Source: Patescibacteria group bacterium (lineage in GTDB: Bacteria > Patescibacteriota > Patescibacteriia > Patescibacteriales > UBA12465). From it: 64,000 nucleotides of DNA. Shown one piece after another: positions 9,635-18,601 of the stretch (within the stretch, counting starts at the first letter, position 1; each line of letters starts with the position of its first letter). The notes under the pieces are model-generated. The model ran no database searches. It was not told the origin of the DNA and was given only the letters and a program-made list of their open reading frames with translations. Position numbers and translations under genes: made by a program. The stretch is from positions 3,046 through 67,045 of the forward strand of contig JBAYIC010000007.1 of assembly GCA_041665845.1 (NCBI GenBank), written 5' to 3'.

Positions 9635-10717
9635 ATGAGAAATAAAACAATGGATGTAATGCTTGCCCTAGGAATAATTTTTGTGGTCATGGGGCATAAT
9701 TACCAACCAAGTATTTTCTTTATTCCAGCCTATACCTTTCAAGTAGCTCTTTTCTTTTTTGTTTCCGGTTATTTTTTCAAAGCAAAAATTAATTTTAGGG
9801 ATAAGTTAATTTGGCTAAAAAAGAAGTTAATTAATTTGTTGGGACCATATTTTATTTACAACATTCTTTACGCGCTGATAACTTTTTATTTATTATCACG
9901 TGGAGTTTCTTTGGGGGTTTCAACCGGTGAAAAATTTAATTTTTATCGATTTTTTATTACTCCTTTTGTTAATGGCCATCAATACTTTCTCTATCTCGCC
10001 GCCTGGTTTGTACCGCAACTTTTTTTAATTCATTTAAGCGCCCAGCTGCTAATAATTAAAGAAAAGAAAATTTACATTTTTGGAATATTATTAATATCTC
10101 TTACCTTATCATATTTATTTATTAGTAACCGCCCCTCAGAACAAGGCGATTTATTATTAGTCCTAGGCCGAACAGCTTTTGGTTTAAGCTTTTATCTACT
10201 TGGAAAATTATTAAACATTTTTGAAACAAAAATTAAAAAATATTTATGCTTACCAGAAACTTTTCTATTAATTTGCATCCTTTACATCAGCCTAGAATCA
10301 TTTTTTGGCGGTTTTAAATATTCACTAGTTTTTGGAGAATTCTCTAATAATCCGATGGCTACTCTAAGCGGAACAACTTTAGCAATATTAATGATTTATA
10401 TAATTAGTGATTACATCGGGAAATCAATTTCAGAAAATAGCCTAATACTAAAAATCGGCCAGAATACTTTCAGTATCATGGCCAACCACTTATTAGTCTT
10501 TTTATTTATTAATTTTATTCTATATAAATTCTCTTTAATTCCCGCCGCTTCCCTATCAAACGTTTTCTTTAATTACAACGTAGGAAGATCCTGGTTTGTT
10601 TACTTGATTCTAGGAATTAGCTTACCGCTTTTATTCTCGCTGTTTATAAAAAGATTGATGCGATCTAAAGTATCCTCGCTAACTCCTTTGAACTTTTTGA
10701 AAACTACTTTAAAATAA
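9635..10717 (+). CDS. Acyltransferase-3 family membrane O-acyltransferase
   Basis: Polytopic membrane protein with the N-terminal LGIIFVVMGH motif typical of acyltransferase_3. Confidence 0.65.
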   Translation: MRNKTMDVMLALGIIFVVMGHNYQPSIFFIPAYTFQVALFFFVSGYFFKAKINFRDKLIWLKKKLINLLGPYFIYNILYALITFYLLSRGVSLGVSTGEKFNFYRFFITPFVNGHQYFLYLAAWFVPQLFLIHLSAQLLIIKEKKIYIFGILLISLTLSYLFISNRPSEQGDLLLVLGRTAFGLSFYLLGKLLNIFETKIKKYLCLPETFLLICILYISLESFFGGFKYSLVFGEFSNNPMATLSGTTLAILMIYIISDYIGKSISENSLILKIGQNTFSIMANHLLVFLFINFILYKFSLIPAASLSNVFFNYNVGRSWFVYLILGISLPLLFSLFIKRLMRSKVSSLTPLNFLKTTLK

Positions 10718-11535
10718 TTTAAACTTTTTATTTTATTAATTATTTTCAAGCGAGAAGCCGGAGGAATCTCTCTGTTCCATATTTTATAAAGACTAGGAGA
10801 ATAGGAATAATAGAAAAACGCTCCACCAGATTTAGTTCGTCGACTCACATCGTTTATCGCCTTGATTAAAACTTTTAAAATATCATCATCACTTATATCC
10901 CCCGTTAAATAATTTAAAACATTTGATAAATTTATAATATCAAACTTTCCCTTTAGACTTTTAGCAACCGAAATATCATTAATATCTAATTCTAAAGACT
11001 GCAATTTCTTGTTTTTCATTATTTCTCTACATTTTAAATAACTCTGCTCATCTTTTAAGTAAGTATTAATTCTACCGGCTAATGATTTTATCATGGAGCG
11101 CTGACGAAAATAATCAGATTTAATAAGTTTCTTTCCGCTATAATCAAACTCTTGATATATTTTAATAAAGAATTTTTTCGGCTCTTTAGACAAGTCTTTT
11201 TTCAATTTATTAAAAAGTTTAAAATCTAGCGCACCATTACTCATATTACTACCGAAGAATTTGATAAATTCTAAATACGTTAAATTAAAAATAGCAGCAA
11301 CTTTAAGCTCCAACATGAAAGAGGCGTATTTATTAATATCAAACCCAACAACTTCTTTCGCGCCAAAAAAATAAGCATCGATTATTTGATCACCAGAACC
11401 AATGATACTCAGCACTCTCTTATTTTGCATATCTAACACTTTATAATAAGAAGAGGCCATTTCCGTAGCATAAATATACATAGGAGATGTGCTGGTCATT
11501 TTATGATGAGATGGCTTAATCATATTTTTATTCAA
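10600..11535 (-). CDS. DUF3419/BtaA-like SAM-binding protein
   Basis: VLSIIGSGDQIIDAYFFGAKEVVGFDIN...LELK block resembles the DUF3419 Rossmann region (from memory). Its 3' end overlaps the convergent gene by 118 nt. Confidence 0.55.
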   Translation of the reverse strand: MNKNMIKPSHHKMTSTSPMYIYATEMASSYYKVLDMQNKRVLSIIGSGDQIIDAYFFGAKEVVGFDINKYASFMLELKVAAIFNLTYLEFIKFFGSNMSNGALDFKLFNKLKKDLSKEPKKFFIKIYQEFDYSGKKLIKSDYFRQRSMIKSLAGRINTYLKDEQSYLKCREIMKNKKLQSLELDINDISVAKSLKGKFDIINLSNVLNYLTGDISDDDILKVLIKAINDVSRRTKSGGAFFYYSYSPSLYKIWNREIPPASRLKIINKIKSLNYFKVVFKKFKGVSEDTLDRINLFINSENKSGKLIPRIK

Positions 11536-12229
11536 GCCCGTTTACTTCTCGCCAAAATCTCTTAAAATATAAAACCATAAAATTATGTCTTCTCAGGGCG
11601 ATTTTTTTACCGGTTTTAGTTAACATTTTATCTTTAATTTTTTTTAATTTAAATTCATATTCCATAATGGCCGTATCATCTTTGGTATAAGCATAATCCT
11701 TCTTTGATTTTATTAATCCTATTTCATTTCCAGTATAGAGGCCATTTTGCAAATAACCCGCAAACAGAAAATCTCGTCCAACACCAACCGCTCCGATAGA
11801 ATCAAGCTTATCAGCATCAAAAAGTACCTTAGCTTCAATAGTTTTAGGAATATTATTATTTCGATATCGATGACTGATAATACAATGCAATATATTATCT
11901 ACCAAACTTTGATCAATTTTATATTTTAGTAATATTTTTGCAGATAACTCGGCCCCTTTTTCGGCATGACAAAATTTTCCTCGACTTTTTGTTTCCTCCT
12001 TTCGCCCAATATCATGCAATAAAACCGCTAAAGTTAAAACTGATAAATTAGCTCTTTCCTTTCGCCCAATATTCATAGCTAAATTATTTACCCGCTCTAC
12101 ATGAGACCAGTCATGACAACCATCAGCATCAACAAAATATTTCTTTGCTTCCAATCTTATGTGCTCTATAATTTTTTTATTTATTTTCATATTATTTAAT
12201 ATATTTTTCAACAACTCCTTTATTGGCAT
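11528..12229 (-). CDS. HD-domain phosphohydrolase
   Basis: Motifs HDWSHVERV, LLHDIGR and ISHRY. The start may be ATG 12190, which would remove the overlap with the upstream gene. Confidence 0.8.
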   Translation of the reverse strand: MPIKELLKNILNNMKINKKIIEHIRLEAKKYFVDADGCHDWSHVERVNNLAMNIGRKERANLSVLTLAVLLHDIGRKEETKSRGKFCHAEKGAELSAKILLKYKIDQSLVDNILHCIISHRYRNNNIPKTIEAKVLFDADKLDSIGAVGVGRDFLFAGYLQNGLYTGNEIGLIKSKKDYAYTKDDTAIMEYEFKLKKIKDKMLTKTGKKIALRRHNFMVLYFKRFWREVNGLE

Positions 12230-13604
12230 CCACTTTTATAAAATCACCATCTTTCAATATTTGTGTCGCTATTTTAGTACCTATAATACAAGGCTTTTTT
12301 ATTTCCCTAGAAACAATGGCCGCATGGCAAAGTAGTCCGCCTTCATCGGTTATTATGGCCTTTGCTTTTTTCATGGCGGCTAAATAATCCGGCCTAGTCA
12401 TAGTAGAAACTAAGATATCCCCGCTTTTGACCTTGGCAATATCATTAGGATTAATAACTATTTTAACATAGCCGGAAACGATTCCCGGGCAAGCTACTTG
12501 GCCTTTAATTTGAGAAACATTCTGTTTTTCTGCTCTTTTTACAATTTCATTTATATCAACAATAGTGTCTTTTCCATCTTTAAAGATATAAACACAATCC
12601 ATAGCCTTTCTTTTTTCAATAACTTGTTTTATCTTTTTTGAATTTTTAAATAGTTCTATAATTTCTTGATGCAATAAAAGAGAAATATTTTTCAAACTAA
12701 TTTTATATCTTTTAGCTATTTCATCCAGTATTCTGCCATGCTGATAAGAAGATAGCGACCTAAAATGGCTTCTATGATCTTTTAGAAAAAAATGCTGGTG
12801 AGCATAATCAAGAAATAATTTATCTATTTTTGACCAAGAATAATTCTTGATAAAAGAAGCATATTTATTTTTATTGTCTTGAAACTCTTTTTTAGTCTTG
12901 TCTATAAACTCTCTTGCCTGTTTACGGCTAATCTTTTCAGCTCTATTTTGAAAATAAATTAATGAGTAAGGCTTTACTATCGCGCTATAACAAGGTATAT
13001 AAGAATATTTAGCCCAATGTTTTTTAAGTAACTTTTTCCTGTCGCTACTATCTAAAATAATCTTCATTAAATCTAGCTGCTCTTGAATAATATAATGGGG
13101 CTTTTCTAGGGAACCGACTATTTCTAGGCCTGTTTTAATATCTACTTTATTTCTTAATAGAACTTCTATTAATTTTTTTTCCGTTATATCGCCCAAAATG
13201 AAACCAACCCAAATAGCAGAAACATCTGCATCTAAAACTTTAATTGATTCTTTAAAAATACAAGCGAGTTCTTTATCAGAAACTTTGTTTAAATTAATTT
13301 TGCTTATCCTTCTAAAATATTTTTCAATAAATAAAGCTCTTCTAATTACTTTATTGTTAATATCTTGGAGAAATTTAGAATTTAAAAAGCGATTATTAAA
13401 AAAATAATTATTGAATTTCTCCCATTCTTTATTTAAAAAATATCCGTCCGCACTATCTTTTTTAATCAAATAAAGCTGGCTGTTTATACCCCGCCCGATT
13501 ATTTTCTTTAAAGGTTTTTGGCAAGATATGGAATAAGTTTGAGCCTGGTGCAGAGTTAGTGGCCGATTGAAAAACTTATACCAATTTTTTAAATCTATTT
13601 TCAT
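12192..13604 (-). CDS. PEP-utilising-enzyme mobile (swivel phosphohistidine) domain protein with an unknown helical N-terminal domain
   Basis: C-terminus ACPG..SG.VKIV...ILVSTMTRPDYL...TDEGGLLCHAAIVSREIKKPCIIGT. It is a paralog of the 54.7-64 kb genes. Confidence 0.8.
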   Translation of the reverse strand: MKIDLKNWYKFFNRPLTLHQAQTYSISCQKPLKKIIGRGINSQLYLIKKDSADGYFLNKEWEKFNNYFFNNRFLNSKFLQDINNKVIRRALFIEKYFRRISKINLNKVSDKELACIFKESIKVLDADVSAIWVGFILGDITEKKLIEVLLRNKVDIKTGLEIVGSLEKPHYIIQEQLDLMKIILDSSDRKKLLKKHWAKYSYIPCYSAIVKPYSLIYFQNRAEKISRKQAREFIDKTKKEFQDNKNKYASFIKNYSWSKIDKLFLDYAHQHFFLKDHRSHFRSLSSYQHGRILDEIAKRYKISLKNISLLLHQEIIELFKNSKKIKQVIEKRKAMDCVYIFKDGKDTIVDINEIVKRAEKQNVSQIKGQVACPGIVSGYVKIVINPNDIAKVKSGDILVSTMTRPDYLAAMKKAKAIITDEGGLLCHAAIVSREIKKPCIIGTKIATQILKDGDFIKVDANKGVVEKYIK

Positions 13605-13613
13605 AACATTACT

Positions 13614-14012
13614 TTAATATTTCCCTTTTCCCGGAATTATATTTCTAACGCCTCCGTGCGGGTTCTCCACGTCGCCCCTATATCGCGGAATTAGATGTAT
13701 ATGTAAATGATTAACAGTTCTTCCGGCGGGCTCGCCTTCATTTACGCCTATATTATACCCGTCTGGACTATATTCTTTTTGGATCATCGTTTTAGCCTCC
13801 TTAATTAATGTATATAACTGGACTAACTGTTCATTATTAAGATCGAACAAAGAGTTTATATGCAGTTTTGGTACTACTTCCAAATGCCCCTTGGAAACAG
13901 GAAAGTTATCCCAGCGAGCATAACAAAAATCATTCTCCAAAATAATTCTATGCTCTTTTTTGTTATCTCTGTCACAAAATAAACAGTAATTTTCTTCTAT
14001 TGTATTTTGCAT
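13614..14012 (-). CDS. HIT-family nucleotide hydrolase/transferase
   Basis: Histidine triad HLHIHLIPR. Confidence 0.85.
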   Translation of the reverse strand: MQNTIEENYCLFCDRDNKKEHRIILENDFCYARWDNFPVSKGHLEVVPKLHINSLFDLNNEQLVQLYTLIKEAKTMIQKEYSPDGYNIGVNEGEPAGRTVNHLHIHLIPRYRGDVENPHGGVRNIIPGKGKY

Positions 14013-14059
14013 AAATTATTGTTATTTTTGTTTTTTCTTTAGGAAACGCGTATTTTCGA

Positions 14060-14527
14060 TTAGGAATTTGTAGCTTGCTTGATCGCAGTTTTAAATTCTT
14101 CGGGAACATCCGTTCCTATGCGATAAATTTTCCCATTTTTCATGATTATTTCAACCGCATCAAAACCGGAAACGTTGTAAATCCACATATACGGCCAGAG
14201 ACGCAATCTTATTCCCCATCCGTAATACCAGCGGTTCTTTACTGATTTAGCTGAAGTTATTTGATTAAGCGGAAACTTCCTGGTGAAGATTCCATAACCA
14301 AACTTGATCCGAAGATAATTTTCATCAATCGACGTTGTCAGGGTTGTAAACGACGCAAGAATAAGCAGAATTAATACCATTACGGTAGTAACGGCAAAAT
14401 TTGAGCCAGAATCGACCGAGGGAGGTTCAGCTGAGGCCGTAATATAAGCCCATAAAAAGAGCACTAGCACGGCCAGTATGACAACTAACATCAAGTAACC
14501 AATTTGGGTGTGTTTGTATTTAATCAT
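14060..14527 (-). CDS. Membrane protein (two N-terminal TM helices)
   Basis: ORF track and hydrophobic segments. No motif recognised. Confidence 0.55.
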   Translation of the reverse strand: MIKYKHTQIGYLMLVVILAVLVLFLWAYITASAEPPSVDSGSNFAVTTVMVLILLILASFTTLTTSIDENYLRIKFGYGIFTRKFPLNQITSAKSVKNRWYYGWGIRLRLWPYMWIYNVSGFDAVEIIMKNGKIYRIGTDVPEEFKTAIKQATNS

Positions 14528-14634
14528 ATTTTTTAGTCTGAATTAATATTTTTACTATTTGTTTAAATATTAGCACTAGCCGTTCCAAAGTTCAACTTCT
14601 TACCAAAAAACGGCCCTAATATTAGAGCCATTTT

Positions 14635-14670
14635 AATCTGCGGAGAGGGGCACTTGGAACGGTACTCTCC
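14635..14670 (-). repeat. tRNA-Ser 3'-end-like relic (repeat copy 1)
   Basis: aatctgcggagagggg..ttggaacggtac resembles the 3' part of tRNA-Ser(UGA) at 17978 (gcggagaggg, ttcgaac, ggtac). It shares a 13-nt and a 10-nt block with 26821-26855. Confidence 0.5.
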
Positions 14671-14678
14671 AAAAATTC

Positions 14679-15548
14679 TTATTTTTCTAATGACTTAACA
14701 AGAGTTCCAGACTTATCGTTATTATAAACTATTCTGCCTTTTATCCTAACTAAATTATCTAGGTTATCCTGAGATATCTTATCGTAATCATCAATATTCA
14801 CGTTTTGCCATTCTCCATCAGTTTTATTTTCTTGTCTAATTTGTCTACTTTTTATTTGTTCTTCTTTTTTTGGATTAAGTAAAATAATCATATCAGCTGT
14901 ATCGCTTAAATTATGACTCAGCAAATTAGCATGATTGATTATGTAGGGCGGTTCTTCTCTCCCTAAGACAAAACTCAATAATTCCGATAAATTAGCTTCT
15001 TTATTTTTTTCTTGTCTATAAATCTGAAAAAAATGATCAAGGTCAATATTTTTAAAATTTGTCTTCTCAGCTAATTCTCTAGCAAAAGTTGATTTTCCCG
15101 AACCGACATTACCAACAACATAAATCTTTTGAGCATTAATTTCTTGAATATTTTTAACTATTTCATTAACATCCCCAGGTGTAAACATTTCTCGATTCGG
15201 TTGTTTAAATAAATCTTGTTTATCTTTATGTGTTATTTCCCAAATTGGCTGACCAATTGCTAATACTTTACTAACAAATTCATCCTCATCCTTAAAGGTT
15301 AATCCGTTTAATTGGCTCTTTACCGAATTTAACAGAGATCCATCGACAAATTCTTTAATTTTATCGCTATCCATTTCTTGCAAAATAACCTCAACGGGAT
15401 TTTTAGAATTTTTGAACAATTCTCTCAAGCCGATTTCTTTTTGGTTTAATACATTCCTATCTACGCCGATTTCTTTATTTTCATTATCTATCAATACTTC
15501 TGGATTTAGCTTGTTTTCGGCTGATATAAAATTTCTCTCGTATGACAT
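14679..15548 (-). CDS. P-loop NTPase/kinase-like protein with an unknown N-terminal half
   Basis: Walker A VGNVGSGKSTFARELA. The C-terminal half resembles adenylate-kinase/AAA_18-like proteins. Confidence 0.6.
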   Translation of the reverse strand: MSYERNFISAENKLNPEVLIDNENKEIGVDRNVLNQKEIGLRELFKNSKNPVEVILQEMDSDKIKEFVDGSLLNSVKSQLNGLTFKDEDEFVSKVLAIGQPIWEITHKDKQDLFKQPNREMFTPGDVNEIVKNIQEINAQKIYVVGNVGSGKSTFARELAEKTNFKNIDLDHFFQIYRQEKNKEANLSELLSFVLGREEPPYIINHANLLSHNLSDTADMIILLNPKKEEQIKSRQIRQENKTDGEWQNVNIDDYDKISQDNLDNLVRIKGRIVYNNDKSGTLVKSLEK

Positions 15549-15569
15549 TGCGGTGGTAATTATAAATTA

Positions 15570-16010
15570 TTAGACATTTTGTGTTTTAAAAATTTTTACA
15601 GCCTCTTTTTGATTATCTAAATATAATAATGAGATTGCCTCTTCAGGTTTTATCCAAATCAGTTCATGATCAATCTCAGTTTTGGTCTCTAAAAATTTAT
15701 CAATTTTACATGTAAAAAAATACCCTATGCTTTCCATGTTAACATTTAGCGTTGTGGAGTAAAAATGATAATTCCCACAAGCAAAATTATTCAATGCTGA
15801 AATTGCGGCTCCAATTTCTTCAAGACATTCCCTTTTTAAACATTCATCTGGCGATTCTTCATTTTCCATCCCACCTCCCGGTAAAAAGAAACCTTTTTCT
15901 GTTTTTATCACAGCAATTAAATTATCAACATTTTTAATAATCCCATATGCACCTGGCCTTTTGATATATTTTTTATCTTTCTCCGGTTGATTTATTGAAA
16001 ATTTAATCAT
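15570..16010 (-). CDS. NUDIX hydrolase
   Basis: Nudix box GGGMENEESPDECLKRECLEEIG. Confidence 0.85.
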   Translation of the reverse strand: MIKFSINQPEKDKKYIKRPGAYGIIKNVDNLIAVIKTEKGFFLPGGGMENEESPDECLKRECLEEIGAAISALNNFACGNYHFYSTTLNVNMESIGYFFTCKIDKFLETKTEIDHELIWIKPEEAISLLYLDNQKEAVKIFKTQNV

Positions 16011-16062
16011 ATTTAATAATATTCGCTAAGATTAAGCCATTTATTAAATAGCAAGTGATCGT

Positions 16063-16590
16063 TTATTTTAACTCTATTTTTACATTTTCAGCCATATTTT
16101 TTGCGCCGATAAATGAAAGGGTATCTATATTCGAATCAGATAGCCCAATCAGGTCAAGGTCGGGACGGTTAAATATTTTTATCCCTTTAATTTCTTTATC
16201 ATGCAATAAAGAATTTTTTAATTCATCATATTCTTTTTTATCTAATACAAAATCGACATCGCCCACTTCCTCATGCTGATCTGGTTTACGAATATAAAGA
16301 TAAGTATAAACAGCCCTCGGAGTATTGCCTTGGCCATAAATCACAATGGGTTCATGAAGACGGTAATATTTTTCATTCCAATTATCTGATTCTTCGGTAA
16401 GTTTTTTTCGCAATTTTGTGAGAAATTTATATTCATCGTCATAATGACAAAATATTCCAATATTGCCTGCGGCGGGAAGATACTTTCCGTAAATTTTTTT
16501 ACAAAGCTCAAAGCATTTTAAATGGGTATATTTTATAGCTTCAAACAGTTGATCTTTATTTTCTATTGGACTAAACCTATAAAATTTCAT
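16063..16590 (-). CDS. Hypothetical protein
   Basis: ORF track only. Confidence 0.5.
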   Translation of the reverse strand: MKFYRFSPIENKDQLFEAIKYTHLKCFELCKKIYGKYLPAAGNIGIFCHYDDEYKFLTKLRKKLTEESDNWNEKYYRLHEPIVIYGQGNTPRAVYTYLYIRKPDQHEEVGDVDFVLDKKEYDELKNSLLHDKEIKGIKIFNRPDLDLIGLSDSNIDTLSFIGAKNMAENVKIELK

Positions 16591-16689
16591 ACTGTTATTA
16601 TATTATTTGGAAGAGACTGGTATACATCATAATAGCTCCTTAATTGTTTGTGAAACAGTAATATAGGAGAGAGCGGAAATAGATTCTAA

Positions 16690-17778
16690 TTAAATATTTT
16701 CACCTTTTAAAACACACCTATAGGAAGTTCTGGTGCTTGTATAGTTTCCTTCATTGCCACCCGATTTCCAAGTATCAGTAGTTTCATTTTTATATTCTAC
16801 AGCAGATACCGTATCTGGATAGAACTTTTTACAATAAGTTAATTTATCTAACCCTGCTCCTGATTGGCCATCTAAATCGGTCAACCATACACCCCTTTCT
16901 AAATCCCAGTGTTGATTAACTTTACCGCTCCACATCATTATTCTCGGGACATTAAGATCGCTGGCATTCACTTCTAATTTTTTACTGTCTAGTGAATTAA
17001 CGATAGCAGTGGTCGCTATCGCCGACGAAATACTTGTATAACCAAACCATTGAGCCTCATCTATATCATCAACCAAAGCAACCTCTCCCGTAGTTGGCTT
17101 AAATCTATAACGACTATAAATCCCCTTTAAGACACCCTTACTCATTGCGATGCGACCGTTTCTTCCATATTTCTGATCGGGATTTATATACTCATATTTA
17201 TTAACTAAATCAACTAAAGAAATTTTTAAGTCATCGACATTTATATTGTCCGCGCTAGAAAAAGCAACAGCACCCTCACAATACTTATCCAGACTGCATT
17301 GCATTCCCATGAGTTGTTTATTATTAATATCCGAACTTTCGTGAGAGCTTAATTGAAGATCTTTGTCATCTATCAAATTATATTTTTTATTATAAGTAAC
17401 CCATATATTTTTTGGTAGGCCATTATCAAATTTAGAATCACTTAAATAAATTGCATTATAAGAAAGATAATTTTTCTCTTTTTGATATACAAATTCAACT
17501 CTTTTTAGCTTAGCATCTGATCCAATTTTATCAATCGCTACTTGTTGGGCGGCTTGGGCAAAATCTTTAAGATCTTTAATATCAACTTTCTCATCATAGA
17601 CTATTTCAGAAATAATTTTAAAATTTGCCCTACTCTCCTTCGTTGACTCAGAAGATGATGCTTTTTCAACAGAATTATTATCACTAGTATTTGTTGTTTT
17701 GCCTTTATAAACTGAGCAAGCGCTTAGCGATGCTAATAACAACAAAGTTAAAAAAAATAAACTAATTTTTTTGAACAT
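16690..17778 (-). CDS. Lipoprotein (hypothetical)
   Basis: Signal peptide with lipobox LLLASLSAC. Confidence 0.65.
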   Translation of the reverse strand: MFKKISLFFLTLLLLASLSACSVYKGKTTNTSDNNSVEKASSSESTKESRANFKIISEIVYDEKVDIKDLKDFAQAAQQVAIDKIGSDAKLKRVEFVYQKEKNYLSYNAIYLSDSKFDNGLPKNIWVTYNKKYNLIDDKDLQLSSHESSDINNKQLMGMQCSLDKYCEGAVAFSSADNINVDDLKISLVDLVNKYEYINPDQKYGRNGRIAMSKGVLKGIYSRYRFKPTTGEVALVDDIDEAQWFGYTSISSAIATTAIVNSLDSKKLEVNASDLNVPRIMMWSGKVNQHWDLERGVWLTDLDGQSGAGLDKLTYCKKFYPDTVSAVEYKNETTDTWKSGGNEGNYTSTRTSYRCVLKGENI

Positions 17779-17941
17779 ATTAATTTTTATAAAATAATAA
17801 ATGATTATAATTATATTATAGCTTAATCGCTTATTTTTTAAAAATTAGGATTAGAAAATTTTCATTTAAAGAGATTATTACTTTACGTCACAATAATGTC
17901 ACAATGTAATACCGAAGGAGAAGTTTTTACCAGTTTTATAA

Positions 17942-17966
17942 CAAAAAATAGGCTAATATTAGCCTA
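17942..17966 (-). terminator. Intrinsic terminator after tRNA-Ser(UGA)
   Basis: Palindrome taggctaatattagccta, followed on the minus strand by TTTTTT. Confidence 0.6.
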
Positions 17967-17977
17967 TTTTTACTTAG

Positions 17978-18064
17978 CGGAGAGGGAGGGATTCGAACCC
18001 TCGGTACCCTTTCAGGCACGACAGTTTTCAAGACTGTTCTATTCAACCGCTCTAGCACCTCTCC
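17978..18064 (-). tRNA. tRNA-Ser(UGA)
   Basis: Cloverleaf folded by hand: acceptor GGAGAGG/CCTCTCC, anticodon arm ACAGT-CTTGAAA-ACTGT, long variable arm, T-arm GAGGGTTCGAATCCCTC. CCA is not encoded. Confidence 0.9.
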
Positions 18065-18181
18065 TTTTTTTGTATTTTTGGCGAATAACTACTTTTATTT
18101 TACTGATTTACCAGAAAAATGCAAATATGCTATAATGAATATACTATAATATTAAAATAATTAATAATTCACCATAAAACT

Positions 18182-18595
18182 ATGGCCATAATTAATTGGA
18201 CCGAAGAATATTCAGTTGGAGTCGCAGAGCTAGATAAGCAGCACCAACAACTTATAAATATTATCAATCAGTTATATGCTCTCTATGCTGATAAAAAATT
18301 TGATAAAATTAATGTCGAACCTATTTTTAAAGAATTACTAGATTACGCTGATTATCATTTCAGCACCGAAGAACATTATTTTAACCTGTATAACTACGCT
18401 AACAAAGAACAACATTTTGCCCTACATGAATCATATCGTCAAAAGATTATCGGCCTTAAGAAAGAATATGACTCAAATAACAGCGAAAAAACTTTATTCG
18501 CAATTAATAATTACTTAAACGACTGGTGGACATGGCATATCAATAATGTTGATAAGGAATATGTTGCCTATTTTAACGCTAACGGCTTGAAATAA
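18182..18595 (+). CDS. Bacteriohemerythrin
   Basis: W.EEYSVGV..LD.QH...I and HF..EE / H...H iron-ligand pattern. Confidence 0.85.
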   Translation: MAIINWTEEYSVGVAELDKQHQQLINIINQLYALYADKKFDKINVEPIFKELLDYADYHFSTEEHYFNLYNYANKEQHFALHESYRQKIIGLKKEYDSNNSEKTLFAINNYLNDWWTWHINNVDKEYVAYFNANGLK

Positions 18596-18601
18596 TTTTA
18601 T

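Noticed and set aside
17896-18135. Track ORFs 17896..18135 and 43293..43511 as protein-coding genes.
   Set aside because: Both run through well-folded tRNA-Ser genes and their terminators, so the tRNA interpretation explains the sequence.
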